Source of the DNA: TPA_inf: Saccharomyces
Taxonomy: Eukaryota
Assembly: GCA_000146045.2 (NCBI GenBank)
Contig: BK006946.2
Span: 160,001-224,000 of the forward strand
DNA: 64,000 nucleotides
Direction of reading: 5' to 3'
The translations under genes were made by a program, and so were the position numbers. The notes under the pieces were generated by a model. It made no database searches, was not told where the DNA came from, and saw nothing but the letters and a program-made list of their open reading frames with translations. This document shows positions 44,386 to 54,188 of the stretch, piece after piece (within the stretch, counting starts at the first letter, position 1; each line of letters begins with the position of its first letter).

Positions 44386-45408
44386 TTATATTTTCTTCTT
44401 TGGTTGTAATGGGATGAATGAATCTAGAGTTAATGAAGGAGTGCTGGCAATGCTGGGCTCGCTGGATGGATGATAACTAGATTGTGCAGGTACCTGTTCA
44501 AATCCATCACCATCATCATGTTCACTGCATCCAGTGTTAGTAACTGCGGGCTCGTGTACTTTGGGTTCAGCTTGTTGATCACTCATACTCTCTTGCTTTG
44601 ATTGGATGGTATTTTTATCACTGAAAGTTGTATCATCGTCAGGTGATAGGCCAGATTTTTGGCTTACCTCATCCTGAATTTCATTTTTGGCCTCTATAGG
44701 CTTTTCGGATTTCTTTTTTGAACCTGATTTAGAACCAGAATGGCCCCAAAATCCAAAAAAACTCTTCCTTTTCGACTTATTTTTCTTTGTCTTATCACCG
44801 TCTGATTTCTTCTTTTCTTTGGGCAATTCCTTAACAACGAATTTCTGTAGCGGGTCCACTTTGAAATCGGAATTAGCCCACGTAGAAGGTTTCTTGCCAT
44901 CAGCTGTATGTGCCTCATTTCTCTCAAATCTTTCTTCCACCATCCAACTTTTGCTATTGGGCTTTATACACTTATCAATCTCAGCAGAAGCTCTATCAAA
45001 TAACTGACTGGTAGTAGTAATTTTGGGCTTGTTGCTTCCTCTGCTCGGAGAGCCCTGCTTGAAGGTTGTATTTATAGTTTCTTGATGAGAAGTAGGTGCT
45101 ACATTATGACTCCAGGAAAATAGAACTGGCCCATCCAGCTGTAAAGCGCCAGAATTCATAGTTATGGTTTTTTCCTCATCAATCCAATCTCTTTGTATTT
45201 GCCGACATTTCCCATCAAGTTTGTCGGTACTCAATTTATTCCCCATTTGCATAGGTGAATGAAACAAACAGTTCATCAACCGCCTACCGTTCGCTACTTC
45301 ATCTAATAACCCATATAACGACACATCTCCATTTTTGGCTTGCTCGGAGTCATCTTGCGGTGTGTATTCCTTACTGAACAACTGGTCGATTATTTTGTTT
45401 TCGTCCAT
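44386..45408 (-). CDS. Uncharacterized S/K-rich protein, 340 aa (YML037C)
   Basis: The 354-aa ORF runs to 45450, and the second ATG at 45408 gives 340 aa. The start assignment rests on my memory of the protein length, which is uncertain. Confidence 0.6.
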   Translation of the reverse strand: MDENKIIDQLFSKEYTPQDDSEQAKNGDVSLYGLLDEVANGRRLMNCLFHSPMQMGNKLSTDKLDGKCRQIQRDWIDEEKTITMNSGALQLDGPVLFSWSHNVAPTSHQETINTTFKQGSPSRGSNKPKITTTSQLFDRASAEIDKCIKPNSKSWMVEERFERNEAHTADGKKPSTWANSDFKVDPLQKFVVKELPKEKKKSDGDKTKKNKSKRKSFFGFWGHSGSKSGSKKKSEKPIEAKNEIQDEVSQKSGLSPDDDTTFSDKNTIQSKQESMSDQQAEPKVHEPAVTNTGCSEHDDGDGFEQVPAQSSYHPSSEPSIASTPSLTLDSFIPLQPKKKI

Positions 45409-45641
45409 AATTTGTCCTTCCCAAAAAATAACCAGCTTAGATTCTGACAATGCTTGTTTCTTTAATTGATGATCTGTAATATTCGTTGATCATTAATACC
45501 ATTGATTTCAATATTTCATGTTTAATCTTTTGCGCGAAAATTTCAATTGCAAACCAAAATATACATCAACAATCTTTTATCGGTCAACAAATTTGTCGAT
45601 ATAACCAAATATACGTCGTCGCTGCCCATTATACAATCATC

Positions 45642-46097
45642 ATGGTAGTATCCATCATACCGCAATTTCCTGATATCAAGGTTTCACTAGCATTGTTTGA
45701 ACAGGTTAAAAATGCTAAAGAAATACGCTCTAAAATGAGTGAATTGTCGACATCCTTTGCCTTTATTGACCCCCGGTTAGTCTGTTCGGGGGAGCAGATG
45801 TATTCTGCAATTTACAAGACCTTAATAGAAGTGAAATATAACAAGATGAGAACAAGAAATTTGAATTCCGAGTGCGTACTATGTCTTTCACCCACTTCCA
45901 ATATTAGTGATGCTTTCCTCAAATTCGGAATCAAAGACGATTCGTCACAGTTAATATGCCTTAAGTTCCATACTAATACTGACGATGTAGACAAAGAGCA
46001 ATTGAGGACGATTATGACTTCTATAGTAAAAGGACAAGAGATCGAGTTTAATGATGACAATTTATCGAGATTTTATGACGAAGCGCTCATAAGAAAA
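45642..46097 (+). CDS. CGI121: KEOPS/EKC complex subunit, exon 1 (152 codons)
   Basis: ATG at 45642 (MVVSIIPQFPDIKVSLALF...). The exon ends ...ALIRK, followed by a GTATGT donor at 46098..46103. Confidence 0.85.
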
Positions 46098-46203
46098 GTA
46101 TGTTTTAATAATAAATTCGAGGTAAAAACTTCAACAGCCTCACCAGAAACACATTGTACTAACTTCACCTTTGTTTTCCTTTTATTTTGTTTTTACCTAT
46201 TAG

Positions 46204-46293
46204 ATCTATAAATTAAGTGATGATTTCAAGCCCCAAGACGTAAATGGTCTCTCAAGAGCTTTGGTAGACGCTATTCAATTGAGGGGTGTGTAG
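46204..46293 (+). CDS. CGI121: KEOPS/EKC complex subunit, exon 2 (29 codons plus stop)
   Basis: TACTAAC branchpoint at 46157..46163. Acceptor TAG at 46201..46203. Exon 2 reads IYKLSDDFKPQDVNGLSRALVDAIQLRGV*. The spliced product is 181 aa. Confidence 0.85.
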   Translation: MYKLSDDFKPQDVNGLSRALVDAIQLRGV

Positions 46294-46427
46294 ATAAGAG
46301 ATATCTAACGATAAAATTATAAAAAAAATTCTTTGATTATTTTTCAGATTAGTATTATTTGTTCTCCGTGAAGTCAGTGTATCGAACTGCCAAAAGTTCT
46401 CCTTATATACATGTGCGCGTATAACCA

Positions 46428-48860
46428 TCACTTTTCTTCAATGGTTCTCTTGAAATTGGCAAAATGATTAACTAATTCCAGTTCAGTTGATAATGTATCG
46501 TATCTGTAGTTAATTCTAATATCAGGAACATTTGTTCTAACCACATCGTTACCTTCAACACCACTCTTGTCAAAATCTTTCCCTATCCAATGTTTTTTGA
46601 TTTGTGCTTCCCACCCACTTTGCAACACGGAATTTCTTGCCAATTCACACATATCTACATTAGACAATTTATAAATTTGTGCTGCAACTGAGTATTCTTC
46701 GATTAATGGTTCTCTGGTATATGAGAATTGTAAAGGATCATCTGTGGATAGTGAGACATTCAAACCTCTTTTAAAGTATCTCGGAAATGGGTTTTTATCA
46801 TAGGTCAAAAATAATGCGTTATTAGAAAGGGGTGACATTGCGATACCAACCTGATCTAAATAGTATAAGTATTGAACAAATGGAACTTTCCTCAATAAAA
46901 TACCATGTGATATACCATGTGCCAATAGATATGCTGAAACGAGATGCTCGGGGTCACCGGCTTCACCACAATGTGGTCTCAAAACCAAAGTGTTAAACCC
47001 TCTCTTAGCCCTCCATTGATTCAAAGACGCGACATTTGAATACAAATAGTACAGGTAATAGGAATAAGGAGGGTTTTGAGGAGCCTCCCAGAGTGATGGC
47101 TTGGGATATTTCCTATGAAAGCGGCGATCAACCTTGGATTCATCATCGACAGAATCAAACCCAATTACTCTCTGTAAAAATACATGCAATTTTGGATGAG
47201 ACTGAGGATTTTTGGTCACTTCAAATAGTGGCTGAAACAGATTCTTACAGATGTCCTGGAAGCTTTGAACAATGCCAGTTTTCTTGTAAATATCATATAA
47301 CCTCGGAATTTGGACTAACCAACGAACATTATGGGAAATAACTTTGTTGTCAATCACCCAGCTAGCTAGTTTATCCCATTCATCGAGAGACCTGCCATAA
47401 ACAGAAATTCTATACTCACAGTTTTGGTATTTTGAATTCTCTAAATCGAATATGACTTGTTTGGTAATGTCAGCCAAGTAGGTACCCTTGATGTAGTTGT
47501 TTGTCTTCAAAAAAATTTCTCTGAGACGAGATTCACCGATAGGGTTATATTTTAAGTTGAATTTATCGAATCTGTGGAATGTATCCTTATGTGCATGCAT
47601 ATCTAAAGTATCGATGGATAAATCATATCCAGTCAAATGCAAAGAACGGAATACTTCGTCTAAAGTTAGTAGTTTCCCGTCCCTGAAAATAACCTTTTCA
47701 TCTTTGGAATGTCTCAATTTGTGTTTAATGAAACGTAATAAGTGCTTTTGGTTCATACAAGCAGAATGGTGAACGTGAGTGTCCACTTTCCTAACATTAT
47801 AAAAATCCCTGTGTGGGTTTCTTTTGGAAACGCTAGTTTCTTGATATTCGTTCAAGAGATAGTAAAGATTCCAGCGTGCTTCTAGGTATTGCAGCCTTCT
47901 ATAAGCAAATGATTTAGCGGGACCGTCTGATGAGATGGAAATCATTTTTTCTAGATCCAGATAGTAGTCACGAAGGGTAGGGATTTGAGCAATTAACTCA
48001 TCCGTCTTACCTGATCTGTGTACCACGTACGAGTCGTCATCGTTGAGGGTAAATTCCCAATCTGGATCCTCACCAGGAATTTCACATTTCGTAAAATCGA
48101 AAACTTCCGCATCCGGCTTGTTTGTTACTGGCACAACAGTCTTAGTGTCTGAGTTGTATGAAGGTTTAGGTGGTGGTGGATAGACTACCCAGCCTGGCTT
48201 ATTTTTTGGGTTTTGATCATCGTTTTGCACAGATATGGTCTGATATTTGGCTCTCAAATTTCTACACTCTGCCACTTTGGAATACAAGTCAATCAACTCG
48301 GAAGAGGGATCATCAAGAAACTGCTGTGAAGCATCATCAGCCAACATTCCCATTTTATAGGAGGCAGAGGTACGTACCTGCTTATTCACTACCGGAGCGC
48401 CGGCAAATGACTTGAGCGTCTCTGGCAAGATATGCTGAGCACTAGCAGACAAGGTCCTCGGTTTACCCCCGGAATTTTGAGATGCATGGTCTGCCGAGTC
48501 ATGGCCCTTATTCATCGCTGCTATGTTGGAAGAGCTACAATTGGTAGAATGCGATGGTTGCTCCAAGATGGCAGAGTGAGAATCATGCTCATCTAGGGCC
48601 AACTGTTTGGTGCCATTTTCCAACAACTGCTGATTCTCGTGATACGAGAAATTAGCATTCCGAGAATCAGCAGCTAAACTTTCGTGTGAATCTTGCTGCT
48701 CTAAGGGGGGTGTCTCATCATCCACTACGACACCAGCTTGTTCATCACCAATCTTTCTTTGATCTATGTCAATGACTAGTCCTGAACCATCTTGTTCATC
48801 GTGTGAAGGAGCTGGTTCTAGAGAAAGGTCGTTAAGCCTCTGTGTAGCCTGATTGTCCAT
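46428..48860 (-). CDS. AMD1: AMP deaminase, 810 aa
   Basis: 810-aa ORF with the ATG at 48860. Adenosine/AMP deaminase domain (SLSTDDPLQF, HGI...) and a low-complexity N-terminus. Confidence 0.93.
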   Translation of the reverse strand: MDNQATQRLNDLSLEPAPSHDEQDGSGLVIDIDQRKIGDEQAGVVVDDETPPLEQQDSHESLAADSRNANFSYHENQQLLENGTKQLALDEHDSHSAILEQPSHSTNCSSSNIAAMNKGHDSADHASQNSGGKPRTLSASAQHILPETLKSFAGAPVVNKQVRTSASYKMGMLADDASQQFLDDPSSELIDLYSKVAECRNLRAKYQTISVQNDDQNPKNKPGWVVYPPPPKPSYNSDTKTVVPVTNKPDAEVFDFTKCEIPGEDPDWEFTLNDDDSYVVHRSGKTDELIAQIPTLRDYYLDLEKMISISSDGPAKSFAYRRLQYLEARWNLYYLLNEYQETSVSKRNPHRDFYNVRKVDTHVHHSACMNQKHLLRFIKHKLRHSKDEKVIFRDGKLLTLDEVFRSLHLTGYDLSIDTLDMHAHKDTFHRFDKFNLKYNPIGESRLREIFLKTNNYIKGTYLADITKQVIFDLENSKYQNCEYRISVYGRSLDEWDKLASWVIDNKVISHNVRWLVQIPRLYDIYKKTGIVQSFQDICKNLFQPLFEVTKNPQSHPKLHVFLQRVIGFDSVDDESKVDRRFHRKYPKPSLWEAPQNPPYSYYLYYLYSNVASLNQWRAKRGFNTLVLRPHCGEAGDPEHLVSAYLLAHGISHGILLRKVPFVQYLYYLDQVGIAMSPLSNNALFLTYDKNPFPRYFKRGLNVSLSTDDPLQFSYTREPLIEEYSVAAQIYKLSNVDMCELARNSVLQSGWEAQIKKHWIGKDFDKSGVEGNDVVRTNVPDIRINYRYDTLSTELELVNHFANFKRTIEEK

Positions 48861-49524
48861 AATTTTTTTTAGAATGCCCCCTTTTTATTTGTTATATAAT
48901 TTATTAATCTGGCGTACTAGCAGTTCAATCGAGTTTTGCTGAATCAAAATTGGCTATAGCAGGGAGACTATAATAAAAATACTATTAATATCCGATAATT
49001 GACTAGTATACGAGAAACGCTGCTAATTCTGCCTGTAGAGAGAGAGAAGAAAAGTCGTCAAGAGATGCCTTTTTTTTTTTTTTAAAATTTATCTATTTTT
49101 TGATAATATCCTTTAAACCTTGTGCTACTAGAACTCCTTTCTCATCATCGCCAGGCGCAAAAAAAAGATGAAAAAGGAATGAAAAAAGAAAAGAGAAGAC
49201 CCCCACGTGCCCTAAAAATAAAGTTAGGGCATCTATAAAATAACTAGGATATATATATTGATCACCCTGAACGGAAATCAAGGGTTTTAAAGAGCCCTCA
49301 AAATTACTGTTTTAGGAAGCCCCCTTTGTTTTTGTTTTGGTTTCAATTTGTGGTGGCTAATCTGGACATCGATCTACTTGTATAGCTGTCAATATACTAT
49401 GCGGAATACATGGAAGAGAAATAGTCCTCAGTCATTATTAATAGTAGACTGAGACCATACGGAGTGAACGTAGAGGCCAGAACAACAAACAGTAGAACGG
49501 TAGCAGTACTCAGTTAGTGCCGCG

Positions 49525-49870
49525 ATGAATAGTGACTTGGAGTATTTAGAGGACGGTTTTGATCCGAATTCAATGAAAGTTGCGACTTTGAGGAGGATAT
49601 TGGTAGAAAATAATGTCGATTTCCCATCTAATGCTAGGAAAAATGCGCTGGTGGGGCTGTTCGATGAAAAGGTTAAACCGCAGATCCCGCAGTTACGGAA
49701 AATGTATCTGAACGTTCGGCCCAGCGATGAAGGTATTGTGAAAATGGACCGTCCCTCATCTTCCCCATCTATAGCTTCCCCTCGTAGAAGTAGACGAGCT
49801 CGCAGGGAGAAATCTGCTTCCCCCATGGCCAAACAGTTTAAGAAGAATAGAATACTGGATGATGTAAGTA

Positions 49871-49904
<34 letters not shown>

Positions 49905-51444
49905 CAATGATAAAAAAGACGATCCTTTAATTGTACCTAGTGGAACGGATACCGATGAAGTGGACGATGAAGAGGATGATGTGATAACATCAAGCTCCAA
50001 CAAATCAGACACCAATGATTTCCAGCAAAATTCCGATACTCGTAAGAAAAGGAAAGACCCTGATTCTGACGACTGGTCTGAATCTAATTCAAAGGAAAAT
50101 AAAATCGATAATAAGCATTTGAACCTCCTATCATCAGATTCAGAAATTGAACAGGATTACCAGAAGGCAAAAAAGCGTAAGACGAGTGATTTGAACCAAG
50201 AGCATGGAAATGGCTCTGCCATTTTAGGAAAACTTTCCGTCAAAACACCAATAAAGAACACAAATAGAAAGCCAGTAAGCATGGATAATTTTAACGATTC
50301 GTTGACTTCAAGCGGTACGGAAAATGATCCATTTGTACCGAACATACGACACAATCCAAAAGAGCTCGGAACTGCCAATGGAACAGGCCATAGCACACCC
50401 TTGAGTAAGTTAAAAGTTTCTGCCTCATTTGCGGATAAATTGCCTCAAAAGGAGGTACCATCTACAATACTGGTTCCAGAAGTGGAACAGCAAGAACCTT
50501 CTCAGAGTGAAAGAACACCGTCTTTGTTTTCGTCCGAAGGCTCTGGCTCAGAGTCGGAAGCACCCTTGCTTCCAGAGATCACCACGCCAGGTCCTCATCA
50601 GCCTATGGGTAATACCAGCAATAATGTGGTCGAAATGATAGATACAGATAGTAGTAACTTGGTATCGGATGAAGATGAAGTTTTAGTGCCTACAAGGATC
50701 GAGACTCCCCAATTACCCACAGAGAAAGACGTCGAAAAGTGTGAAGCAAGAGTGCAAGAACTTCAAGAGGAAGTAAATGAGCAATTAGAGCATGAAAATG
50801 GGAGTGAATTTGATGTTAAGCAAGGATCTGGGAAGGTCGGGAACAGGCATAAGTTCAAAAGAGCACTCAAATTTTTGAGCAAATCATTACTGGCGCTATT
50901 TTTATTTTGCATATTCATTGTTATTCCTCTCTTATTTGGCCTCTGGTATAGAGAGCAAAGACTGCTCATAGGTTACTGTGGGCATGAAGTACCATCCCAT
51001 CGAGTTAGTGGCAATTCCTTCGAGTTTATTCAAAAACTGGATAATTTGTTGCAGGACTACAGACCGAAATGTATCCCTTGTCCACCCAATGGTATTTGTT
51101 ATCCTTATTTGAAACTTAAATGTAAGCCAGATTACAAGTTAGCACCATCTAGACTTGACTTTTTGGAAATTATTCCTGCACAAGGCAAATGTGTTAAAGA
51201 CGACAAAAAACAGCAGTTAGTTTCCGAAGTGGTTGAAAAATCTTTAGAGTTTCTGAGAGCCAAAAATGCACAAATTTCATGCGGTGACGGAAAAGACGAC
51301 ATCGAGAGTGGTATGACGGAAGATGCCCTCTATCAAATATTTAATGAGGCTAGAGCTCCTTGGATTCGCGACGATGAATTTGAGGACCTGTGGATCCAAG
51401 TTATCAAAGATTTAACTGAAGAACCAGAAATATTATGGAGGCAA
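49525..51444 (+). CDS. SRC1: Inner nuclear membrane HEH/LEM-domain protein, exon 1 (long isoform, codons 1-640)
   Basis: ATG at 49525. N-terminal HeH/LEM-like domain. Overlapping donors: GCAAGT at 51441..51446 and GTGAGT at 51445..51450. Confidence 0.85.
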
Positions 51445-51570
51445 GTGAGTACAATTTATTATCTTACAAAAATTATTAAACCTGTTATTATATGATAACA
51501 GTTTTAATTTTTTTTGAATTTTTTTTTGTTTTTGATTTATTTACTAACATCTTTTCCTAATTTTCTCTAG

Positions 51571-52155
51571 TTATCACCCACTGACAACAACATTGGCGGA
51601 AATTCCAACAACATCATTAAAACCAATGACGTTCCGAGACAGAAGAGACATCTTCCAGAAAAATTCATCTCCAAGACGAGGAATTTTCGGTCGACGTCCA
51701 AGAAATACATTGGAATGAAGTGTCGATTTGAAAGAGAAATCTACCAAACGTATAAAAAATTTCAAAGGCCAATATGGCTAATGTTTTTACTGATAGTCAT
51801 TAGTAAAGTAATCGAGATCAAGCTGAAGAATTATTATAGAAAGAAGGCAAGAATTGAAGAACTCGTTACTCAAACCATGGAAAAATTGAAATTCCAAAAG
51901 ATTAAATCAATGTCCGATCCGAAAGAAAACGCGTATTTGAGCATAGTTCAATTGCGTGACATCTTTCTTTCTGATATTGTCGATCTGAAATACAAAAATC
52001 AATTATGGTCAGAAGTGGTAAAATATTTAGAGCATAATAACAGTAATATTAAATCGAACTTAACTGAAATTCGAGGTGAAATAATGAAATGTTGGGAATG
52101 GATAGGTCCGATGGAACTCAATGAACCTAAGGATTCCGCTGAAAACAAAATATAA
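51571..52155 (+). CDS. SRC1: SRC1 exon 2 (long isoform, 194 codons plus stop; total 834 aa)
   Basis: TACTAAC at 51542..51548. Acceptor AG at 51569..51570. Downstream-donor splicing keeps the frame into the MKCRFEREIYQ... segment, giving 834 aa. Upstream-donor splicing shifts the frame, stops at 51716..51718 and gives 687 aa. Confidence 0.85.
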   Translation, partial: LSPTDNNIGGNSNNIIKTNDVPRQKRHLPEKFISKTRNFRSTSKKYIGMKCRFEREIYQTYKKFQRPIWLMFLLIVISKVIEIKLKNYYRKKARIEELVTQTMEKLKFQKIKSMSDPKENAYLSIVQLRDIFLSDIVDLKYKNQLWSEVVKYLEHNNSNIKSNLTEIRGEIMKCWEWIGPMELNEPKDSAENKI

Positions 52156-52514
52156 CCCACAAAATGAAACTCAAACGTAGTTTTCTCTTCTCAAACTTAA
52201 TGATCTATTGTTTTTCCGAGTTGCCATATTTGTATAGTTTATTCTATTTATACGGTTATCCTAATATCTGTTATATAATTCTTTATGTAATACTTTTGTA
52301 AAGTTATAATGAATCTAATCCTGAAAATGACTTGTAAAATAATAAGAATTTTTTATTCGATTTAAAGTAAATATTAATACGACACATGGAGGAAAGAAAA
52401 ACTAGACGATATAGGAAGAAATACAAATAAAATCAGAATTGAAAGAGTAACTAGAGGATTTTGGAGTAATAAATAATGATGCAAATTTTTTATTTGTTTC
52501 GGCCAGGAAGCGTT

Positions 52515-53930
52515 TCAAGTAGGCTTGCGTGCATGCAGGGGATTGATCTTTGGTCTTCCAACTTCTCTTCGTGTCGATCTTTGTTGCGGAACGGCTGGCA
52601 CTGCACCATTTCCATTAGGATGTACTACCTTAGAAGGCGGCGCAAACCGTGGAGCAGCTGCAGGCGGAAAAGCTGTAGCGTTCGTTTTAATTGGTGTGGT
52701 TTCACGCGGTACTTGATTCCCAGCCCCTTCTAGCATATGAGGCCCCAGTTCTTTATCATTGTTCTTCATGCTCAATTGTTTTCCCTTTGGTGCAAATTTT
52801 TCATAGACAGAATCCCTCGCGGTGGTCATCGTTTTGTCTTTTAGCACACTCGCTGGAATATGCTTGGACGTAGTCTGATCAACGGTGTGCCTAATGGATT
52901 GTGCCTGGTATTTGGGATCAAAAATGCTCTCTTCACCAATATAACGTTCATTTTGTACGGAAGTTGCAGCCTTAGCTGTAACAAAGGTGATTTGTTCTGC
53001 CTCTGGGTTTGAGCTAGCAGTTGGGCTTTGCTTAGCTACAACGGGATCCTTCTCTGTCGTTAAAACATTACTGTTTGTGTTGCCCATATTTATCAAGTCG
53101 TCGTCTTGAAAATCATCGCTAAACATAAGAGAATCATCGAGAAGGTCATCTTGATCCTGTTTGGAAGCATCGAGAGATTTGAGATCAGTATCTTTATTAC
53201 TGCTGTTTTTACTGTTAGCCTCAGCAGGTGCGGCCATCATTGGGGTACCTCGACTTACTGTATTTTCTATTTTCACCAGGTTCTTCGTCGAGTCGGGATT
53301 GGTATTTGTAACTTTAGTCAATTGCCTTCTTTTATTCGGGTATTGTTGTTGTTCTTGATTTTCATGCAAAGTATTCGTTCTTGAGCTTTCGCTGATTTCA
53401 TCCGTTGGCCTAAACAAATTGTTTTCGTCAAAATCTGGCGGATCGAACTTCACCTTATCGATCTTTGCCAGAAAATCTTTATCGTAAAGACAATTTCCTA
53501 GAGCATTACCAAACCCTCTCAAAGATCTTTTCAAGGCATCCGTAACGGCAGATTTCTTGGCCCTTTCGAAAGCGGCAGGTTTCCGTCTTTCGTTCTCCAC
53601 GGTACCATACCCAATATCTTCCCTATAAGTCCCGCTAGTCAACGTAACACGAACAATTGCAGTACACCCTATGCTAAACTTTCCCTGTCGCTCATCCAAA
53701 AAATCGATAACTACACTTTTTACCTCCGTAGACCAGCCATTATATCCAAAGATTTGATTAGCAAGATTAATTACTCTCCAACCTTCGATGTATGCAATCC
53801 TGCTTGTTCCAAACCCAACTCTCTTGGAGATATACTCAGGTCCTAATTTCTTGTCCAATTTGGTCTGTATGTCCTCGGAATGGTTACCGAAAACGGGCTT
53901 CTTCTCATCCATATCCATAATTTCATTCAT
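52515..53930 (-). CDS. RAD52: Rad52 recombination mediator, 471 aa from the third in-frame ATG
   Basis: The ORF extends to 54029 (504 aa). The conserved Rad52 N-terminal domain is present (GWRVINLANQIFGYNGWSTEV...). I place the start at 53930 because I recall a 471-aa annotation, and that recollection is uncertain. Confidence 0.85.
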   Translation of the reverse strand: MNEIMDMDEKKPVFGNHSEDIQTKLDKKLGPEYISKRVGFGTSRIAYIEGWRVINLANQIFGYNGWSTEVKSVVIDFLDERQGKFSIGCTAIVRVTLTSGTYREDIGYGTVENERRKPAAFERAKKSAVTDALKRSLRGFGNALGNCLYDKDFLAKIDKVKFDPPDFDENNLFRPTDEISESSRTNTLHENQEQQQYPNKRRQLTKVTNTNPDSTKNLVKIENTVSRGTPMMAAPAEANSKNSSNKDTDLKSLDASKQDQDDLLDDSLMFSDDFQDDDLINMGNTNSNVLTTEKDPVVAKQSPTASSNPEAEQITFVTAKAATSVQNERYIGEESIFDPKYQAQSIRHTVDQTTSKHIPASVLKDKTMTTARDSVYEKFAPKGKQLSMKNNDKELGPHMLEGAGNQVPRETTPIKTNATAFPPAAAPRFAPPSKVVHPNGNGAVPAVPQQRSTRREVGRPKINPLHARKPT

Positions 53931-54188
53931 CAACAACACACCAAAGCCACCAGAACCTTCAGCAGTTCTTGGCAACCTCCTTGTTTGCATTTGTTGATTC
54001 TCAGTGGCAAAATAGCTTAAAAACGCCATTCGATACCGGTCGCGTAACCCGCCCGCCGCTATATTTTTCGTCTTTTCTTAACAGACTAAAGAATATAATA
54101 ACATCGAGAATCACTAACGGGAAGAGCAGACTCTTTGGCGATGAGTAAGTGTGATTGAGAAGACGAAAGGACATTACAGGGCAAGCAG

